A stretch of DNA of 36,333 bases from Thermodesulfovibrionia bacterium (GTDB lineage Bacteria; Nitrospirota; Thermodesulfovibrionia; Thermodesulfovibrionales; SM23-35). A model generated the notes under the pieces. That model was not told where the DNA came from, searched no databases, and saw only the letters and a list, made by a program, of their open reading frames with translations. The stretch is from assembly GCA_041478735.1 (NCBI GenBank), contig JBGOWS010000002.1:1-36333 (forward strand), given 5' to 3'. How positions within the stretch are numbered: the first letter of the stretch is position 1; every line of letters starts with the position of its first letter. The translations under genes and the position numbers were made by a program. Shown in pieces: positions 33,971-36,333 of this stretch.

Positions 33971-33999
33971 TTGTCAAGTTATAGGAGCTTCTGTAAAAT
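33971..33999 (+). promoter_or_regulatory. Sigma-70-type promoter TTGTCA-N17-TAAAAT for the downstream membrane protein gene
   Basis: Read directly. The -10 element ends 38 nt before ATG 34038. Confidence 0.5.
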
Positions 34000-34037
34000 C
34001 TTTATATCTCCATTATAACCTAAAACAAAAAATTGGG

Positions 34038-36155
34038 ATGGGATATCTGAATACTCTAATACCACTCGTTGTTATGGGCATGACCTCTATGCTCCTCCAG
34101 ATAACCATCCTGCGCCTGCTTCTTTCAACATTCTCAGGTAATGAGCTTGATATAGGTATTACCCTCTCTTTGTGGCTTATTTATGTAGGACTCGGAAGTT
34201 ATACAGCAACGAAGGTAAGACACAGATATGCGTTTATAATCTCTTTTATCTTAGTTGCCATACTTGCGCAGCCAATAGCCCTTGCTATAAAAGCGATAAG
34301 ACCGGCTCTCTTGCTGGAGCCAGGTGAAACGGTATCCCTTATTTCTACTGTCCTGTCAACTGCTGTCTCTCTTTTCCCACTTTGCTTTGTCATAGGCGCA
34401 CAGTTCCCGCTGGCTGTTTCGTATTCGGGAGGTAGTAATGCAGCTGGAAAGGTCTACGGGCTTGAAGCCCTCGGTGCATTTATCGGAGGTGTTCTATTCA
34501 CATTTGTCATTTCCGCAAGAATAGGAGCCATGGAATTATGTTTATTAATCGCCCTGATAAATATCTTGATTGCTGCATATGTTTCAAGGAAAAAAATTCT
34601 CATCCTTGTTCTTATTATCCCTTTATCCTTTTATTTTATGTTTCATAAGATTGCGGTTTCACTTCCATGGCATGGGATGGAACTTGCTCAAACAGTTGAA
34701 TCCAGGTATGGAGAGATTGCAGTGGTTAAAGTGAGGGAACAATCGAGTGTTTATACTAACGGACATCTGATTTTCACATACCCGGATATACAAAGCGAAG
34801 AGCTCAGGGCACATCTGTCAATGACCCTGCATCCCTTACCATCGAAGGTGCTTGTCATCGGGGGGTCCCCCGGGACATTGAAGGAGTTTCTGAAATATCC
34901 TGTTGAGGGTGTTGATTTTGTAGAACTTGATCCAAAGATAGTCGAAGTCTCTTTTGAACTTCTCAGTACGGAAGACAGGGATGCAGTAAAAGACCGCAGG
35001 ATTAGAATAATAGTCGAGGATGGAAGAAGATTCATAAAAAGATTGAAGATACCAGCATATGACCTGATTGTCCTGAACCTTCCACCACCTTCTACGGCAA
35101 ATATCAACAGGTTCTATACATCTGATTTTTTTACAGAAGCAAAGGGTGTATTAAAAGACAGGGGTCTGCTTTTTTTAACCATACCACAGTCAACAGGATA
35201 TATAGGAAGAAGCATGCAGACAGCAAGTGGTTCTATATACAATTCGCTTAAGTCTGTCTTCAGACATGTTGAATTAACAGCCCCGGAATATGGCGGTCTT
35301 TTTGCATCCGGGGCCCCGATAAATACAGACAGAGAAACCCTTGAAAACAGGTTTATAAAAAGGGAAATAACCACCAAGCATTTTAACCGGTATATTTTTC
35401 GCGATGCCTTCTCCCCGCTTAATGTTGATTATGTCAGAAAGAGGCTTGGTGATACAAAGTTTATAAATACAGACCTACAACCTTCTGCCTACCTTTATAA
35501 TCTTATGCTGTGGGCAGAGGTTCATGGTGGGATGGCGCTTAAGGGTCTGCTCGGGGTCAGGGGATGGCATATCATTTCTATCCTGGTCATTGCACTTATG
35601 GCTATCTTTTTTTTAATCTTCAGGAGAAATAAACGGGTAATCTATTATTCTGTCTTTACCTCTGGATTTTCAGGCATGTCAATTGTGCTTACTGCAATAC
35701 TCGTATATCAGGCTATATACGGCTATATATACGAGATGATAGGGATACTTTCAGCAACATTTATGATCGGGCTGTGGGCAGGCGCATCCCTGACAAGACA
35801 TACTAAGAGGGCATTAAAAAAGCTCTTTTATCTGGAGCTGATCACTATAACACTTGCCCTTGTCGCACCCGTATTTTTTAAGGCAGAACCGCTCTTTTAT
35901 TTATTAATTCTCCTGTCAGGCACAATAACAGGTGCACAATTCAGTACAGCAAATTTATCAATAGGTGAACCAGAGGCGGGTGGAAGGCTTTACGGCATGG
36001 ACCTCATCGGTTCATTCTTAGGGGCATTCATCCCTCCGATGATATTGGTCCCCCTGTTTGGAGTTTATAATACGCTATTGTTTGTAGCATCGATAAAGCT
36101 ATTTTCAGCAGCAATGATTTTAAGTTTATCTCCATCTTTTTTAAAGAGGGGGTAG
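34038..36155 (+). CDS. Polytopic membrane protein fused to a spermidine-synthase-like (class I methyltransferase fold) domain
   Basis: ORF track, 705 aa. It has about 7 N-terminal and about 5 C-terminal hydrophobic segments. The central soluble domain has VLVIGGSPGTLKEFLKY, VDFVELDPKIVEVS and YDLIVLNLPPP, which resemble the SpeE layout. Confidence 0.85.
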   Translation: MGYLNTLIPLVVMGMTSMLLQITILRLLLSTFSGNELDIGITLSLWLIYVGLGSYTATKVRHRYAFIISFILVAILAQPIALAIKAIRPALLLEPGETVSLISTVLSTAVSLFPLCFVIGAQFPLAVSYSGGSNAAGKVYGLEALGAFIGGVLFTFVISARIGAMELCLLIALINILIAAYVSRKKILILVLIIPLSFYFMFHKIAVSLPWHGMELAQTVESRYGEIAVVKVREQSSVYTNGHLIFTYPDIQSEELRAHLSMTLHPLPSKVLVIGGSPGTLKEFLKYPVEGVDFVELDPKIVEVSFELLSTEDRDAVKDRRIRIIVEDGRRFIKRLKIPAYDLIVLNLPPPSTANINRFYTSDFFTEAKGVLKDRGLLFLTIPQSTGYIGRSMQTASGSIYNSLKSVFRHVELTAPEYGGLFASGAPINTDRETLENRFIKREITTKHFNRYIFRDAFSPLNVDYVRKRLGDTKFINTDLQPSAYLYNLMLWAEVHGGMALKGLLGVRGWHIISILVIALMAIFFLIFRRNKRVIYYSVFTSGFSGMSIVLTAILVYQAIYGYIYEMIGILSATFMIGLWAGASLTRHTKRALKKLFYLELITITLALVAPVFFKAEPLFYLLILLSGTITGAQFSTANLSIGEPEAGGRLYGMDLIGSFLGAFIPPMILVPLFGVYNTLLFVASIKLFSAAMILSLSPSFLKRG

Positions 36156-36214
36156 GGGAGATTACTAATTTTTATATAAGATTTTTTTCAATAATTTTTT
36201 AGCATGGGAGGCTC

Positions 36215-36333
36215 TTGCAAAAGTCCAATTCTGGTAGCCGCAGGCTTTAGCCTGTGTTTTGTAACATATTGAAAACAAAGAAAACACGCAAACTAAAGTT
36301 TGCGGCTACATTTTAATTTCAAGACTTTTGCAA
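36215..36333. repeat. Long imperfect inverted repeat (two ~50-nt copies, each with its own small hairpin), reaching the window end
   Basis: ttgcaaaagtc (36215..36225) faces gacttttgcaa (36323..36333). gtagccgcaggctttagcctgtgtttt faces aaaacacgcaaactaaagtttgcggctac. Confidence 0.75.

Overview
Positions 1..31090 form one minus-strand motility and chemotaxis supercluster in an AT-rich genome. In transcription order it reads: sigma-54 response regulator; TPR protein, PAS kinase and a second sigma-54 response regulator; flgBC fliEFGHIJ; a MotE/YlxF-like gene; fliK flgDE fliLMNOPQR flhBAFG fliA; a HEAT-repeat protein; cheR; two cheY-type genes; and cheA, which is cut by the window start. The gene order is essentially that of the Bacillus subtilis fla/che operon and of Geobacter-type clusters. 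The repeat families suggest an anaerobic Nitrospirota- or Desulfobacterota-like organism, but that is a guess. The right end holds a small degraded integrase/excisionase module next to tRNA-Ala(GGC), at 31.4-33.9 kb. It also holds a plus-strand membrane-embedded spermidine-synthase-like gene. No obviously new multi-gene system such as a defence island is visible. The observations worth a second look are these. (1) Several families of short repeats lie inside or between essential flagellar genes. They include heptanucleotide arrays translated in frame in cheA and forming the signal anchor of the MotE-like protein. They also include a repeat-built 81-codon ORF that bridges fliQ and fliR with ATGA overlaps at both ends. 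(2) The canonical cheY has an in-frame TAG at the Lys7 position, and its neighbour is a receiver lacking the phospho-Asp. (3) Promoter-like motifs suggest a chain: sigma-70 to EBP1, sigma-54 to TPR-kinase-EBP2, sigma-54-like to flgB, fliK and fliL, and sigma-28 to the HEAT-che operon. Several of these promoters are placed as if to give leaderless mRNAs. (4) A secreted TPR protein is translationally coupled to the cytoplasmic flagellar kinase. All promoter and function calls were made by eye from motifs and need computational or experimental confirmation.
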